This document shows, one piece after another, positions 12,800 through 26,849 of a stretch of 64,000 bases of DNA; the first letter of the stretch is position 1, and every line of letters starts with the position of its first letter. The stretch is from Octopus vulgaris. Lineage: Eukaryota. The notes below the pieces were generated by a model that was given only the letters and a program-made list of their open reading frames with translations, searched no databases and was not told the origin of the DNA. The translations under genes were made by a program, and so were the position numbers. The stretch is taken from contig OX597823.1 of the NCBI GenBank assembly GCA_951406725.2, forward strand, positions 15,190,001-15,254,000, in the 5' to 3' direction.

Positions 12800-13998
12800 C
12801 TTTTTATAGTTTACCAATTTTAAATAATGAAGGAAGCCAGATTAAGGTTTGAACAAAGAAACTTTTTCCTAAAGTGCGAGTAGAAGTTTCAAATTTCAAT
12901 GGAAGTACAAAGATAGTTTAGGTGGGGAGCTTCAAATAGTTCCATCTAGCGCCTTACCATCATTCGAATTAGAAATAATAGAAGCAGAAGGAGCTGTTCA
13001 GAATGTTCACAAGCTGAAGGCCAGAAGGCTACGGACATTGATCGGCCCCACATATCAAGAAAGATTACTAGAAACGTTTTGCCAGAGTTCAAGAAAATTT
13101 GTGCGGTATGCGAGTCATGAGATAGGAATTTGAAAATCCAGGGACCATCGTACTTTGAAGTGTTGTCATTGGAACAGTTATGTTCCAATAATAGTCTATG
13201 CTCTCGAAAAAAGATAATCTGGAACGAAGAATGGTGTTTTGTGAGTGGTACTTAGCAAGATGTGTTGAAGATGCACACTTTCCAACAAATATTTTTCGGA
13301 TTAATGAGGCTACATTTGAATTAAATAGCTCAGTTAACTTTCCCATTTGCACTTACTGGGGACCTGAGAATTTCCATATTAAGGAGGTCACCATCTTAAT
13401 TTACACTGTGATACAGTATGATGTGGCCTATCACCAAAATGATTAATTAGACCATTCATTTTTGATTGGTTCCATTTACTTGAATTTGCTGCAAAATTCT
13501 GTGATTGCCAATCATTCAAATATTTTGAATATGTGCAGTTTTATTTCCAACAAAATAGGGCACCCAAACATTTCCACAGTAATGTAAATGTATACCTTGA
13601 CGAGACCTTTCCTAACTAGTGGATTGAACAAAGAGGTTCAAAAGAATACCCCTCGCGTTCACCGGGTCTCACATCACTAGACGTTTCTTTATGGGGATTG
13701 TTAAACGATAAATTTTACGATATGAAACCGGTGACAATCGACGAATTGAGGACAATCATTGAGCGAAAATTCTCAAAAATATTGAACGAAATGTTTCTTC
13801 ATGTCCGCGAATCTATTGCTTCGCGTTATCAGCAGTGTCTGGAGGAGAATGATCATAAGTATGAAAGCATGTTCATAAAAAAACTTTTAAACTCTGTCTG
13901 TAGATTGTATTAAATTTTGAAAATGAAATCATGTATTTTAATGAACGCTGACTTTCTAGTCATTCAAAATGGGTATATACTTTTGGGAACAACTTATA
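12800..13998 (+). mobile_element. Decayed Tc1/mariner-superfamily transposon
   Basis: [30 protein letters not shown], and FQQNRAPKHF..YLDETFPN*WI..YPSRSPGLTSLDVSLWG (compare FQQDGAPPH..WPPRSPDLTPLDFFLWG). Confidence 0.85.
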
Positions 13999-14009
13999 CG
14001 CACACACGT

Positions 14010-14370
<361 letters not shown>

Positions 14371-14375
14371 TATAC

Positions 14376-14439
<64 letters not shown>

Positions 14440-14532
14440 GTAATATGTGACAATTATTCGATAGCCAAGATAAAACTCCGAGTTTTGGATGCCTAGGGGG
14501 AAATCTACGCCGCCATCTCTTCAGTTATATAT

Positions 14533-14840
14533 GTGGAGGCGAAATGGCCCGGTGGTTAGGGCGGCAGACTCGCGGTTGTAGGATCTTGATTCGATTCCCA
14601 GACCGGGCGTTGTGAGTGTTTATTCAGCGAAAACACCTAAAGCTCCACGTAGCTTCGGCAGGGGTGGGGGGGGGGCGAACCCTGCTGTACTCTTTTGGCA
14701 CAACTTTCTCTCACTCTTTCTTCTGTTGGCCTGCTCGCTTAGCGAACGGGGTGGCGTCATTTGAATGCTCAAACAATGCGAATCGCATTGTGACCAGCGA
14801 TGTGTAGCAACATCTGATGGCCTGTTCGGTCACGTGATCA
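14533..14840 (+). mobile_element. SINE family 2, tail A (also +41305-41606, -42414-42715)
   Basis: tRNA-like head GTGGAGGCGCAATGGCCCAGTGGTTAGG..TTCGATTCCC, ending GGTCACGTGAT. Confidence 0.88.
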
Positions 14841-14983
14841 TATATATATATATGTACACGCATGCAAGCAATGCATACGTGCGTACATATGTATGTATGT
14901 GTATGTATGTATGTATGTATGTATGTATGTATGTATGTATGTATGTATATAAGAATACGGCTTTACGCATAATATGTATGTAC

Positions 14984-15018
<35 letters not shown>

Positions 15019-15143
15019 TCAAGTATTTTGAGTTCTCTGGAAGACCCTTTTTAAAGTGGAAGAAATGGCTAAGATTTTGGCTGCTATTTCTGAACTTCGG
15101 TATGCGGCGACGCAATTCTTTTACCGAACCCTTTTTATTAGTG

Positions 15144-15213
<70 letters not shown>

Positions 15214-15527
15214 CATACATACATACATACATACATACATACATACATACATACATACATACATACATACAGCACAAGTGATGGTACATAGCAATAAAAA
15301 GGCAACAATGATTTTCTTCAGGGTAACTATAGCAACGAATTGATGAATGTTTTTAAAAATTGATTGTCACGTTTCTAAAGGCAAATAGCGCACTCAGAAA
15401 ACCAGAGCACTAACAGTTGGAGACAAGAAACATCAATAATTACTAGAACATCGTAGAAATTCCTACGCATGCTTTGGTACGGAGAATATCAGTTGTCGTA
15501 GTGGGGCCGACTTTAATCCCTGTCTTG

Positions 15528-15559
<32 letters not shown>

Positions 15560-15560
15560 G

Positions 15561-15625
<65 letters not shown>

Positions 15626-15711
15626 TGTTGCTGTTTTTGTTGTTGTTGTTGCTGTTGTGTATGTTTTTTTTTAGTGAACAGTTTCAAATTTCCGTTCTTT
15701 TTCTCCATCAG

Positions 15712-15852
15712 ATATATCAATTTTCATACCCAAATGATGCAGAAAGCATAAAAATGATGGACTACATTTCAATACCGAAGACTTTATCAAAACATCTGAA
15801 AAACAGCAATCGGATTTCGTTTTATTCCATGAATAATGATAAACTATATAGG
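15712..15852 (+). CDS. aGPCR exon D (GAIN)
   Basis: ccatcag|..|gtacgt, phase 0-0, 141 nt. IYQFSYP..DYISIPKTL..RISFYSMNNDKLYR. Confidence 0.88.
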
Positions 15853-16005
15853 GTACGTTACGTAACTAATAATTTTCTTATTCCAATTCATTGGTTAAAA
15901 TTTATTTGATTTCATCAATCGTGTTCTGATAACAGCAGAAACAATACTAAAAAAAAAAAAGCGATACTCACTGTTTATGTATTCACATATATATGTATAT
16001 GTGGA

Positions 16006-16390
16006 GTGGAGGCGCAATGGCCCAGTGGTTAGGGCAGCGGACTCGCGGTCATAGGATCGCGGTTTCGATTCCCAGATCGGGCGTTGTGAGTGTTTATTGA
16101 GCGAAAACACCTAAAGCTCCATGAGTCTCCGGCAGGGGATGGTGGTGATCCCTGCTGTACTCTTTCACCACAACTTTCTCTCACTCTTACTTCCTGTTTC
16201 TGTTGTACCTGTATTTCAAGGGGCCGGTCTTGTCACTCTCTGTGTCACGCTGAATATCCCCGAGAACTACGTTAAGGGTACACGTGTCTGTGGAGTGCTC
16301 AGCCACTTACACGTTAATTTCACGAGCAGGCTGTTCCGTTGATACGGATCAACCGGAACCGTCATCGTCGTAACCGACGGAGTGCTTCCA
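16006..16390 (+). mobile_element. SINE family 2, tail B (also -30671-31056)
   Basis: Same head as tail A copies, but a different 3' part ending AACCGACGGAGTGCTTCCA. Confidence 0.88.
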
Positions 16391-16619
16391 CATGTATATC
16401 TGGATGTATAAAGCATAAATTCAGGCACGAAAGGTGGATATAGATTTATTTTTTTCATTTGAACATGATGCGAACACGATAAGAAAGTTCAAAACTTAGG
16501 CTTGAATTTTTATGCAAACTTTAACACTATATTAATACATTCTGTTAAATGATAGTAATTTGAGAGTATAACATTCATGTATGATCTTCTTAGCATTTTA
16601 CTTTGTCTCCTCCTTACAG

Positions 16620-16760
16620 GTTATACAAAGATCTGGTGACGGAAAAGATAGTAAACCCGAAAGCTTTATTAACAGTCGAATTATAGCTGCAAATATTCCT
16701 AAACAGCGCATATCCAACCTTGAAAACCCAATAAATATCTCCTTCAATTTATTATATAAG
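16620..16760 (+). CDS. aGPCR exon E (GAIN subdomain B)
   Basis: ccttacag|..|gtaata, phase 0-0, 141 nt. INSRIIAANIPKQRISNLENPINISF matches the GAIN pattern 'vNS.visa..i.nL..Pv.i.F'. Confidence 0.92.
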
Positions 16761-17190
16761 GTAATATCTAATTATCTAATTATTCTTGCTATTGTTGTTG
16801 TCATTGTTGCTGGCAATGTTTCATCCAACGGTGGTTTTATTTTTGGATCCTTCTGAAAGAAATATGATCCAATATGGTGGTAGCGGCGGTGGCGGTGGTA
16901 GCAGTGGCAGTAGACATGAATGAGGAGAAAGATTTTTAGGATAGAATTGTATGTTTCTAATGTTGTTGTTGTTGTTGCTGCTGTTGTTGTTGCATAACTC
17001 TCCATTAACCCTGATCGAGGGCACCTATAATGACATGCATTTCAACAATGACTATCTCAATTTTTATTGTTATAATGTATTCAGATCTCCATTAAGCATG
17101 TCCTCCCGCTTTTGACCTCTTAGCATTTTTTTTCAACCTTAGCAAAGACAATTCATAGTGACTACACTCTGTTACAAAGTAATTTTATTA

Positions 17191-17751
17191 TTGGGTTGTC
17201 CGGAAAGTTCGTGCCGATTTATAGTAGCTTACCTTTCGACTTATTTTAGAACGTGGTTGAGTCCATAAAATAGGATTTGACTACACCTCCATTTAGAGCA
17301 CAGATTAAGTTATCTTTTCGGGGAAGAAGGTCTGTGTTCCTATAACCTGTGTTAATTCTGTAACCCTTTAAAATGGAAGATAAGAAAGTTCATTTTCGGC
17401 ACTTGATGTTTTGGGAACCAGACAAAAATTGCTGCAGCTCGTCTGGGATGTGTTACCCAACACTCCATATTCACCAGATATTGCTTCTTTTCGATTCTCA
17501 CTTATTCAGGTCTTTGCAGAATAGTCTTAATAGTAAAAATTCCTTGGATGATGTAAAAAGATACCTTGATGAATTCTTTGCCATGAAACCACCTCAATTC
17601 TGGGAAGGGGGTATTTTCAAGCTAAAGGAAAGATGGAGATGCATTGAGCAACAAAATGGTTCATATGTCGTTGATTAAAAATGTAATGGCAAGTATTCAT
17701 TAACCTTTTTTTTTCCTTTAAAAATCGGCACGAACTTTCCGGACAACCCAA
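17191..17751 (+). mobile_element. Internally deleted mariner with perfect 30-bp TIRs
   Basis: TTGGGTTGTCCGGAAAGTTCGTGCCGATTT and its reverse complement, TA TSDs at 17189-17190 and 17752-17753. The transposase N-terminus (KVHFRHLM) is fused to the C-terminus (YSPDIA..DSHLFRSLQN..GIFKLKERW). Confidence 0.95.
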
Positions 17752-17781
17752 TACATTATCAGGCATTTAATTTCTTTTCAG

Positions 17782-17922
17782 AATGGTAGCAACTCACGGT
17801 GTGTTTTCTGGGATGACACCTCGGGACATGATCCTCATTGGTCAACAAGTGGTTGCAAAACTGAACGTAAAGAAAAAGTTTATTGTTCCTGTAACCATCT
17901 TACAAGTTTTGCAATACTAACG
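17782..17922 (+). CDS. aGPCR exon F (GPS motif, autoproteolysis site, Stachel start)
   Basis: ttttcag|..|gtttgt, phase 0-0, 141 nt. RCVFWDDTSGHDPHWSTSGCKTERKEKVYCSCNHL|TSFAILT, with H-L|T at 17896-17904. Confidence 0.95.
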
Positions 17923-18780
17923 GTTTGTACAATTATGGCTCGTTAATTAACTATAATTCTAAATGTCATATGTACGTGTTAATGCAGTTTTCAAAGTGCG
18001 TCGGTAAATAAAAGAAAATACTTGTATCTTCTTATTTTAAAACTTGTTGCTATTGCTGTTGTAATTGTTTTTGCTTCTGTTATTCTTGCTAACAAATAAC
18101 ATTTAATTTTTCCATTTAATCTCGCATTTGTTTCTATTATCTAAATATTCATAGGTGACACATTCTATCTCATTTGTTGTCAAAATATAACAGCCCAAAT
18201 GGCAAAGTTGAACAAGTACTGAGAATTCTAACAAGATGTCAGTCGTTGGTATCTTGTCAGAGGCAATCAACAGTGTCCTTTAACACGCACATATTCTACA
18301 ATACACAAAGTCACTTATACAAAGATACTACGCTATATAACAAATATAAGATACCATCATGAAGGTCTTTTGATGCAATAACTATTTTTAGTTACTTGGT
18401 GTTAAGTGAATGAGAAATATGTGCTTCTGGGAGAGGACGACATCTCTTAGTTAATATGCACTTTAATTGTAGCAGGTAGAATTAAGTGTACAAAGAAATA
18501 CTTTTAACTAATTTGAACTCAAGATCTATGGATTAGTGATACATTTGTACATCTATTAAATCAACTCATATACATACCAGTATTATGATAAAAGCTGAAC
18601 TTTATATAAGAACTAACTTTTGTTTGACATGTAATACAAGATGGTGAACGAATATATTGTTTCTAATGTAGGATACAGAAATCTACATCTTTTATACCAA
18701 ACACAATTTGTATAAGTATTGACAAACACTAAACATATAAGAAAGACAAGGAGCTAATATCTTGTTTGCTTCTATTGCAG

Positions 18781-18881
18781 GATGTCGACCAGAATGCCAA
18801 GTTATATATTATATGCTATATTGGTTGTGGAATATCACTTGTCTTCCTCATCCTAACAATAATAGTTCATGCTGGTTTCAA
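18781..18881 (+). CDS. aGPCR exon G (TM1)
   Basis: attgcag|..|gtaagc, phase 0 to 2. DVDQNAKLYIICYIGCGISLVFLILTIIVHAGF. Confidence 0.93.
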
Positions 18882-20365
18882 GTAAGCATTATAATTTCTA
18901 TTTTCATAAACTATTCAAATACGGGAAGACAGTGACCATCACTTCTCGAAGTCCTCCTAGATTGATAAGATCAATATAGCTGCTTTAGGTTGATATGCGG
19001 AGTGAAAAAGAAGAAAACAAACATATGAGTGAGGAGACAACTCTTGATGTTGCAACAAATGTTTCAGTGTAGGATTTTGTGTGTGTGGTATGAGACAGTG
19101 AGTGAGATTTATTGTGTGTGATTAAGTAGAGCTGCTATATAAGTAGGCAGGCATGTATGCTCTTGTTTGTATGTTCGTATGTGTATGTCTATGGATATAC
19201 GGAGAACATTATGTGATATTTCATATCTGAGACTACCTAGGGTGTTTTAGTTCTGTTTTGTTTATGTCGAGAGAGAATGGAGTACACAACTATTACAGTT
19301 ATTAAGAAGTTATTATGTCTTGAACGAAATTGTGTTGTAATGTCCTTATTGAATGATGTTTTCATAGTCTCCGCTCTTGAGATCTGTGCAAGATGGTTTG
19401 AAATGTCTAGGCTGTGTGTTTATGACACCAAAGTGTAAATTCTTAAGAAGAATAAGAAGTGTGGTATCATCTCTTTAAAGTGTACACTTTATTCTGCTCT
19501 GCCTCGCTTTACCTCGTTGTCAAGAATATGCTTCAGGTCAACTGAAGAATTTTCAGCTTCACACAGAATCCACAAAACCTATTGACTTAGCTTTCCATTT
19601 CTTAGTTACAATCTCATTCAGCAACAGTGACGGCCGCAATGGTAGCGGTAGTGGCGACAGCAGAGGCGGTTGGAGGCGGCGGTGATGGCGGCGGTAATGG
19701 CGGCGGTTGCGGTATCTATTTCTCGTGTCCGACAATTTCAATTTCCTTTTGACTTATTGGTTTGTTTTTTTTCTAAATGGATAGTATTGATGACTCAATC
19801 AACATGTTCCATGACGACAAGTGATTACCATAACAAACAAAACTAGCCTAAAGGTACAATGCAGCATACATAATTACTTCGCAAAATACACACACACACA
19901 CACACACACACATACACACACACCGTGAAATATGAATGAAGCACAAACTCTCACTCACACACCATGTTGCAGTGTTCAGTCCAACTAATCGATCTTAGTA
20001 CTTATTTTTGATGTTTGGTACTTATTCCAGAGCTGCAAATTTACCAGTACCGGTTGTCAAGTAATGGGGAGGACAACCAAAAACACAAAGACACAAATAC
20101 ACATGCATGTACATGCATACACACATACATATACATACATACTTACATATACGAAGTGCTTCCACACAGTTTCCATCTACAATATTCACTCGCAACGCAT
20201 CGGTCAGTCTATGTCTATGATTGAAGAAGTTACTCGCCCAAGTCACCGCGCAGAGGGACAGAACCCCGAACCCGCTTGGTTGCAAAGTGAGCTTCATAAG
20301 CATACTACCATATCTGTGCCTGTATCTTTATATATGTGTGAGTGCGTGTGGATGGACGCGTGTAG

Positions 20366-20366
<1 letters not shown>

Positions 20367-20396
<30 letters not shown>

Positions 20397-20625
20397 TGTA
20401 TGTATGTATGTATGTATGTATGCATGCATGCATGCATGCATGCATGTATGTATGTATGTATGTATGTATGTATGAATGCATGTATGTATGTATGCATGCA
20501 TGCATGCATGCATGCATGTATGTATGTATGTATGTATGTATGTATGTATGTATGTATGTATGTATGTATGTATGTATGTATGTATGTATGTATGTATGTA
20601 TGTTTGTATGTTAGTATGTATGTAT
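20367..20625. repeat. Compound (ATGT)n/(ATGC)n microsatellite
   Basis: Read directly from the sequence. Confidence 0.95.
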
Positions 20626-21381
20626 ACGTGCAGATTTGTATGTTTTATTTTATATATGCCCTCTCATGCATATACTTGCATATGTAGACATGCTCATATA
20701 TACTTCAATGATAAACTTCCGGAAAGTTCTATAGATGTTTACAGTTCCAGTGATAGATTGGATCTGTAGTCTTCGAATCAGCTTTCTCCTTTCTGGTTTT
20801 GAGAAACCTAATTTCTCAAGATTCATATTTAGGCAGTGTATTACATATCCCAATGCCGCAATAATTACAGATATGAACCTGAACTTATAATCCGGATAAT
20901 GTAACTACAGATTTCTCGATAGTTCAGCGTATGTATTTTTTTTTTTTTTCACTGTATGAATGTCATTATTCAGTTTATTTCAAGATTTCTTGTCCATAGA
21001 GAAACGACCGATTTCTAACCTAGATCCAAGGCTCCTTCATTGCAATTTCAACATCAACAACAGGGTATTTTTATTTGTGTGTCTGTCTGTCTGTATGTAT
21101 GTATGTATGTATGTATTTGCAGACTTGTATGTTTTATGTATGTATTATCATGCATATAGTTGCATGTCTAGACATGCTTATACATATATGTATGTATTTA
21201 TGTATTTATTTATGTATACACGTACGTATGTATCTATGAGTGTAAGTATGTATGTATTCCATATGCCTACTCTTATATAGCTCGTTGTATTTTATTGATA
21301 CATTGATTGATTTCTTAGAATTCCATGCTTCTGTAAAAGTAAATGCTATTGATAATTTTTTTTTTTTTTTTGGTACTTCAG

Positions 21382-21499
21382 AAATCTATGGAAAATAATT
21401 CCTTCAAAGATTCTTGTAAATTTATGCGGTTCTTTAGCTATAACTCATCTTATCGTTCTTGTTGGGATGCGGCCAGGAAAATCCAATGTTATTTGTAAG
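21382..21499 (+). CDS. aGPCR exon H (TM2)
   Basis: acttcag|..|gtaggt, phase 2 to 0. NLWKIIPSKILVNLCGSLAITHLIVLVGM..VICK. Confidence 0.93.
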
Positions 21500-22005
21500 G
21501 TAGGTGAAATTATGTAGAGAACACATTAAACCTGTACATATTTATCTTTATTAACAACAATATACTAACCGAAACTGACTTCTATGAATTATCGCCATCA
21601 GAAATAAGAATGTCCACTGAATAGTGGCAAATATTCATCCAATTTTATAACCATCGGTTCCCTTCCCTATTTTTAGCTATTTACCGTTATGACTGCATTG
21701 CTGTTGAGAAGTAAGTCTTTTGATAACTCATATCTCAATACGTGAATTTGGCAGGATTAAAACGGATAATATACGGGCTACATTTTAATAATGAATTCAT
21801 TCGATTCCCTGCGGCCCGTGCATCTTCAAGTTAAGGGTCCCAACTATGAGAAAACTATTTTGATGTAGTTGATTTGTACAGGATTTATCAGGATTTGTAT
21901 TTGAATATTCACAAGTTTAAAATTTAGAAAGGATGAGAAGTAAACTTCAGCCGCCGATACAAGATATAAAATTGGGCAGGATTGAATTTGAATTATTTAT
22001 ATATG

Positions 22006-22070
<65 letters not shown>

Positions 22071-22491
22071 AAGGGTAAAGACCCCCTTCGGTCATGAATG
22101 ACCATGGGATTGCACCTAGAAAGTTACCCTCCTAGACACAAGTCCGGGCAAGGTTGTTTATGGAAGACCAGCAGTCGCCCATGCATACCAGCCTTCCCTC
22201 TCCACGCCACTGATGTTATCCAAGGGAAAGACAAAGGTCGATACAGCTTGGCAGCAGTGACGTCGCAACTCATTTCTACAGCTGAGTGAACTGGAGCAAC
22301 GTGAAATAAAGTGCCTTGCTCAAGAACACAACACGCAGCCCGGTCCGGGATTCGAGCTCACAACCTCACGATCGTAAGCTCGACGCTCTAACCACTGAGC
22401 CATGCGCCTATGCATATATACATACATACATATATGATATATACATAATATATATATAATTAAAATAAGCAACAAGGATATCCAGAGGTAA

Positions 22492-22578
22492 TGCAGTACG
22501 ACCGTTTCATGCAACTCCATTTAATTGAACAATGCAATCATTACATCAATTTAAAAAGCACACCAATCTTCAGCTGCA
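22492..22578 (-). ncRNA. Hammerhead motif with long stem II
   Basis: Minus strand reads TGCAG-CTGAAGA-(~58-nt imperfect hairpin)-GAAA-CGGTCG-TA|CTGCA. A related decayed copy is at 34550-34634 (+). Confidence 0.6.
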
Positions 22579-23915
22579 CAAAGACATAGAATTTAATTAA
22601 ATTTGAACAAATGGACACATTAGTATAATTATACCTAAAATCTCCAAGAAGTTAAGGAGATAGACAAAGAACATGCTGTCTCACTCCAGCATAGAAGTTA
22701 CTAAGTTTTCAAAACCCTATTCTTCATCCGTTCGGAGTCGATAAAACAAGTACTAATTGAGTACTGAGGTCGATGTATTCGACCTAACCCTTCCCTTGAA
22801 ATTGTTGGCCTTGTACCAACATTTGAAACTATTATTATTATTGCTACCAAAGCTGTGGGCTGGCAGAAATGTTAGGGCTTTGGACAAAATGCCTTACGAT
22901 ATTTCATCCAGTTTTTTTACTTTCTGTCGCCGATGTCAACTTTGCCTTTTATCGCTCCGAAATCTAGAAAATAAGAATCAGCTGAGTATTGGCCATAGAT
23001 GTAGTTGACTAGCTCCCCACCGCACGCCGCCCCGCCCAAAATTGCCAGCTATGTTCAAAAAATTAAGAAAAAATTAATATTAAGGCGGCGAGCTGGCAGA
23101 ATTATTATCAAGGCAGCTCGCTAGACGAAATACTTAGCAGTATTTCACTCGTCGCTACGTTCTGAGTTCAAATTCCACCGAGGTCGACTTTGGCTTTCAT
23201 CATTTCGGGGTCGGTAAATTAAGTACCAATGAAATTCTGGGGTCGTTGTAATTGACTAGTCTCCTCCCCCAAAACTTCAGGCCTTGTGCCTATTATATAA
23301 ATAAAAAAAATAATAATAAATGCGCCTTTTTAAAGCCTAGCCATGCTTATGGGCCCGATTTCCCGGTTTCTATGGCGTATGTGTTCCCTAGCTTGACGGG
23401 ACGCCAGTCCATCGCAGCGTTACTCATTTTTTGCCAGCTTAGTGAACTGGAGCAACGTGAAATGAAGTGTTTTGCTCAAGAACACAACGCGTCGCCCGGT
23501 CCAGGAATCGAAACCACTATCTTACGATCATGATACTGAAACCCTAACCACTAAGTCAAGCGCCTCCACTATTATAGAAAGAATTATTATTATTATTAAA
23601 GCAGCAGGTTGAGAGAATCGTTAGAGCATCGAAGAAAATGACTTGCGGTATTTAATTATGTCACTCTATGTTCTAAGCTGAAATTCCGCAAAAGTCACCA
23701 TTTCCTTTCTACACTCCTACACCACCGCCACCCTACCCTGAATCAATGAAATGCTCTCTCAGGCAAGTACTGGGTTCGATTGCCCCTACAACATCCCCTT
23801 CACAAATTTCAGGATTTGTGGAGTTTGTATGAGAAAAAAAAATTACTATTGTTATTGTGAGAAATGCTTATTATTGTTGTTGCTGTTGTTATTGTTGTTG
23901 ATTTTGCTGTTGTAG

Positions 23916-24060
23916 GCAATGGCTATTCTGTTACACTATTTCCTTATTGCGTCCGCCATGTGGATAACTGTAGAAGCTCTACATATTTGCCAAGCTTTGA
24001 TTACTACATTTAGTGCATGCCAGAGATCATTTGTGATGAAGAGTTCAATTTCCGCTTGGG
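23916..24060 (+). CDS. aGPCR exon I (TM3, start of TM4)
   Basis: gttgtag|..|gtatgt, phase 0 to 1. AMAILLHYFLIASAMWITVEALHICQAL..SAW. Confidence 0.94.
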
Positions 24061-24110
24061 GTATGTATAACCGTTGCCCATTTATCTTTCTGTGGCTCGC
24101 ATTTACTCAA

Positions 24111-24197
<87 letters not shown>

Positions 24198-24396
24198 TAT
24201 ATGTATATATATATATATGTGTGTGTGTGTGTATATATATATATATACATATATATAAGTTCAGAAAAATTTAGATTCAAATGAATATGGTACTTAAGTT
24301 AGATGCACCAGAATTTTGTATGGTGTTATCCATATAAATCCATGGGGTGATTATAATTAAAATAAGCAACAAGAATAATTCTTGTTGCTTATTTTG

Positions 24397-24448
<52 letters not shown>

Positions 24449-25582
24449 CCTTCTTTCTTTGTAATTAATTTGTACTTGTGAATTAATTGATTGAGAAATT
24501 TCAGCCGAATAATTTGAACTCAGTATCATGCTGCTCTTACATATTTCAATGAACCCAAATTATTAGAGATCGGAGTTGACTTCCATGAGATTTGATCTCG
24601 GAGATATCGTACTGTTAAACAGTTTGTGTTACGAGCAAAATCTTAGCCAGGAATTACTGTTTATAATTGCTCTTTGCAACTGTTTGTTACAGAAAGCATC
24701 GGGAATCACTGCTGCAAATTATCTAAGTCTCATTATCCTCAACATAATCATAATCCTGTATATTATCATTTAAAAAAATTTTTAAATGCAGAGCAATCTT
24801 CAGCTGCACTTTTGAAGGTTAAAATTAAAACATTTTTTTCTTCTGAAAACGATTACAGTCGAGACTACTTTCCTGTCTCGCAGTAAAATCTACGTTAATA
24901 AAAATTAAACCCCCAGTAAAAACAGCAATCTTTTAGTTGTTGCTCGTTTTCGTTGTTGTTTTTCCCGAGTTTGGCACTAAGTGAGCAGACCTATGATTAA
25001 ATGACCTCAGATCAACCCTGTGAACAAAGACTCACTCGATATGACTAGCCTCTCTTTTGTGACGTAATCTACATTATCCAGTTTGTCCTTCAATTTTTAA
25101 AGAGAATGATGTTTGATATATTTAGCTGTTGTTTCCAGCTGATCGAATAACTATGCGAAGGTCCCCTCATATTAATATTTGCACCGTTGTCATGAATGGA
25201 AAAAAATTAAACGTGTATCATATTTGGAGAGTTTCACATGAAGAATTTTTGTCTTAAATTAGAAAACAATGAAGTCAGTTAGCCAAATATTTTATTTGTT
25301 AAAAGTGGGAATAAGAATTTAGTTTTCACATGTCAATCATGTATAGAAATAGATGATCAATTTAATTCTAGATAGAAAATTTCTTTAGTAAACATACATT
25401 ATTCAATCAAGTAAAATATTGATTTTTGTTCAATTAGATATGACTAAATTTTTTGTTTTGTTTCGTTTTTTCTGAACAAGAGTATTGTAAACTGAATCGA
25501 TTCAAATTGATCAGTTTTCATGTTTTAAATATATATTGATACCTACTTATAATCATTAATATATATATATTATAATTATCAG

Positions 25583-25655
25583 GGGTTCCAGGCATCATTG
25601 TCATGCTTACTCTGATAATCAAAAAAACAAACAACTACATCAGAATAACTGCAAT
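25583..25655 (+). CDS. aGPCR exon J (TM4/ECL2)
   Basis: ttatcag|..|gtaagt, phase 1 to 2. GVPGIIVMLTLIIKKTNNYIRITA. Confidence 0.9.
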
Positions 25656-26557
25656 GTAAGTGTTTCCGCCTTTTATTCGTCTTATTTTCTCTGTACTTTA
25701 GAATTGATATTTTACAAGATCTCGTATGGTATTTTAGAGTTCTGCATAATGAGGGTTAAAATCAAATTGATCAAAGACCTTCGGTCACGAATGATCATAA
25801 GACTGCACCTAGAAATTTCCCCTCCGAAGCACAAGCACAAGTCCAGACAAGGTCGTTTTGTGGAAGACCAGCAGTCGCGCATGCATATTAGCCTCCCCTC
25901 TTCACGCCACCGATGTTGTCCAAGGGAAAGGCAAAAGCCTATACAGCTTAGCACCAGTGATATCGCAGCTCATTTCTACAGCTGAATGAACTGCAGCAAT
26001 GTGAAGCACAACACAAATCCAGGTCTAGGAACTGAACTCACAATCTCACGATTTATCTGCGAATTGCTCATTGACCGATCGATTAATCAAATATTCGATT
26101 AGATAATGAGTTGAATAGTTAGCCAGTTGATAAACAAAAGTATAGTTTGTACTGATTTTCTATAAGCTGTAGCTTTCAGAGTCATCTTAGTGTTGCTTCC
26201 GTTGTAGTACACTGTGCTAATAATAGCAAAATAGCTACAAATACATTCACCGGTCTACAGAGGCCGCACCAAGATTATTTTTGGTGCTTTAACATTATGG
26301 CATAAAACGAGAATTGTCTCCATGGCAAACTACAGTAAAGATGGCCTTTGAACAGATAAAAACGTTTTAATTCTCATCATTGCTTTTGCATGCCCACTAT
26401 ACATACATCTTCTCTAGATGTCCGATGACTTAGGATTCTTCAATGAGCCTACGAGACTTTATGTTGTATGGAACAGCATGAAATTGTTATTAAATAATAA
26501 TCGATGTAACTCTAACCGTATATGTTCAGTCCCACTTTCTTTAGTTTGTCCATTCAC

Positions 26558-26619
<62 letters not shown>

Positions 26620-26849
26620 TTAATTAAATATATTCTGTAAGAATATTATACACTGAATTTATAACGATTGTAAGATGCATTAATTAACAAATTTTTAAAC
26701 TGTTATGTTTCATATATTTACATATATTATTGATACAATACTATTTTAGACATATATATCTTCGTGAGGAATATTTTTGTTATTGAATTTCATGCTATTA
26801 TATATATATATATATATATTAAAATATTAATATTAAAATATATATATTA

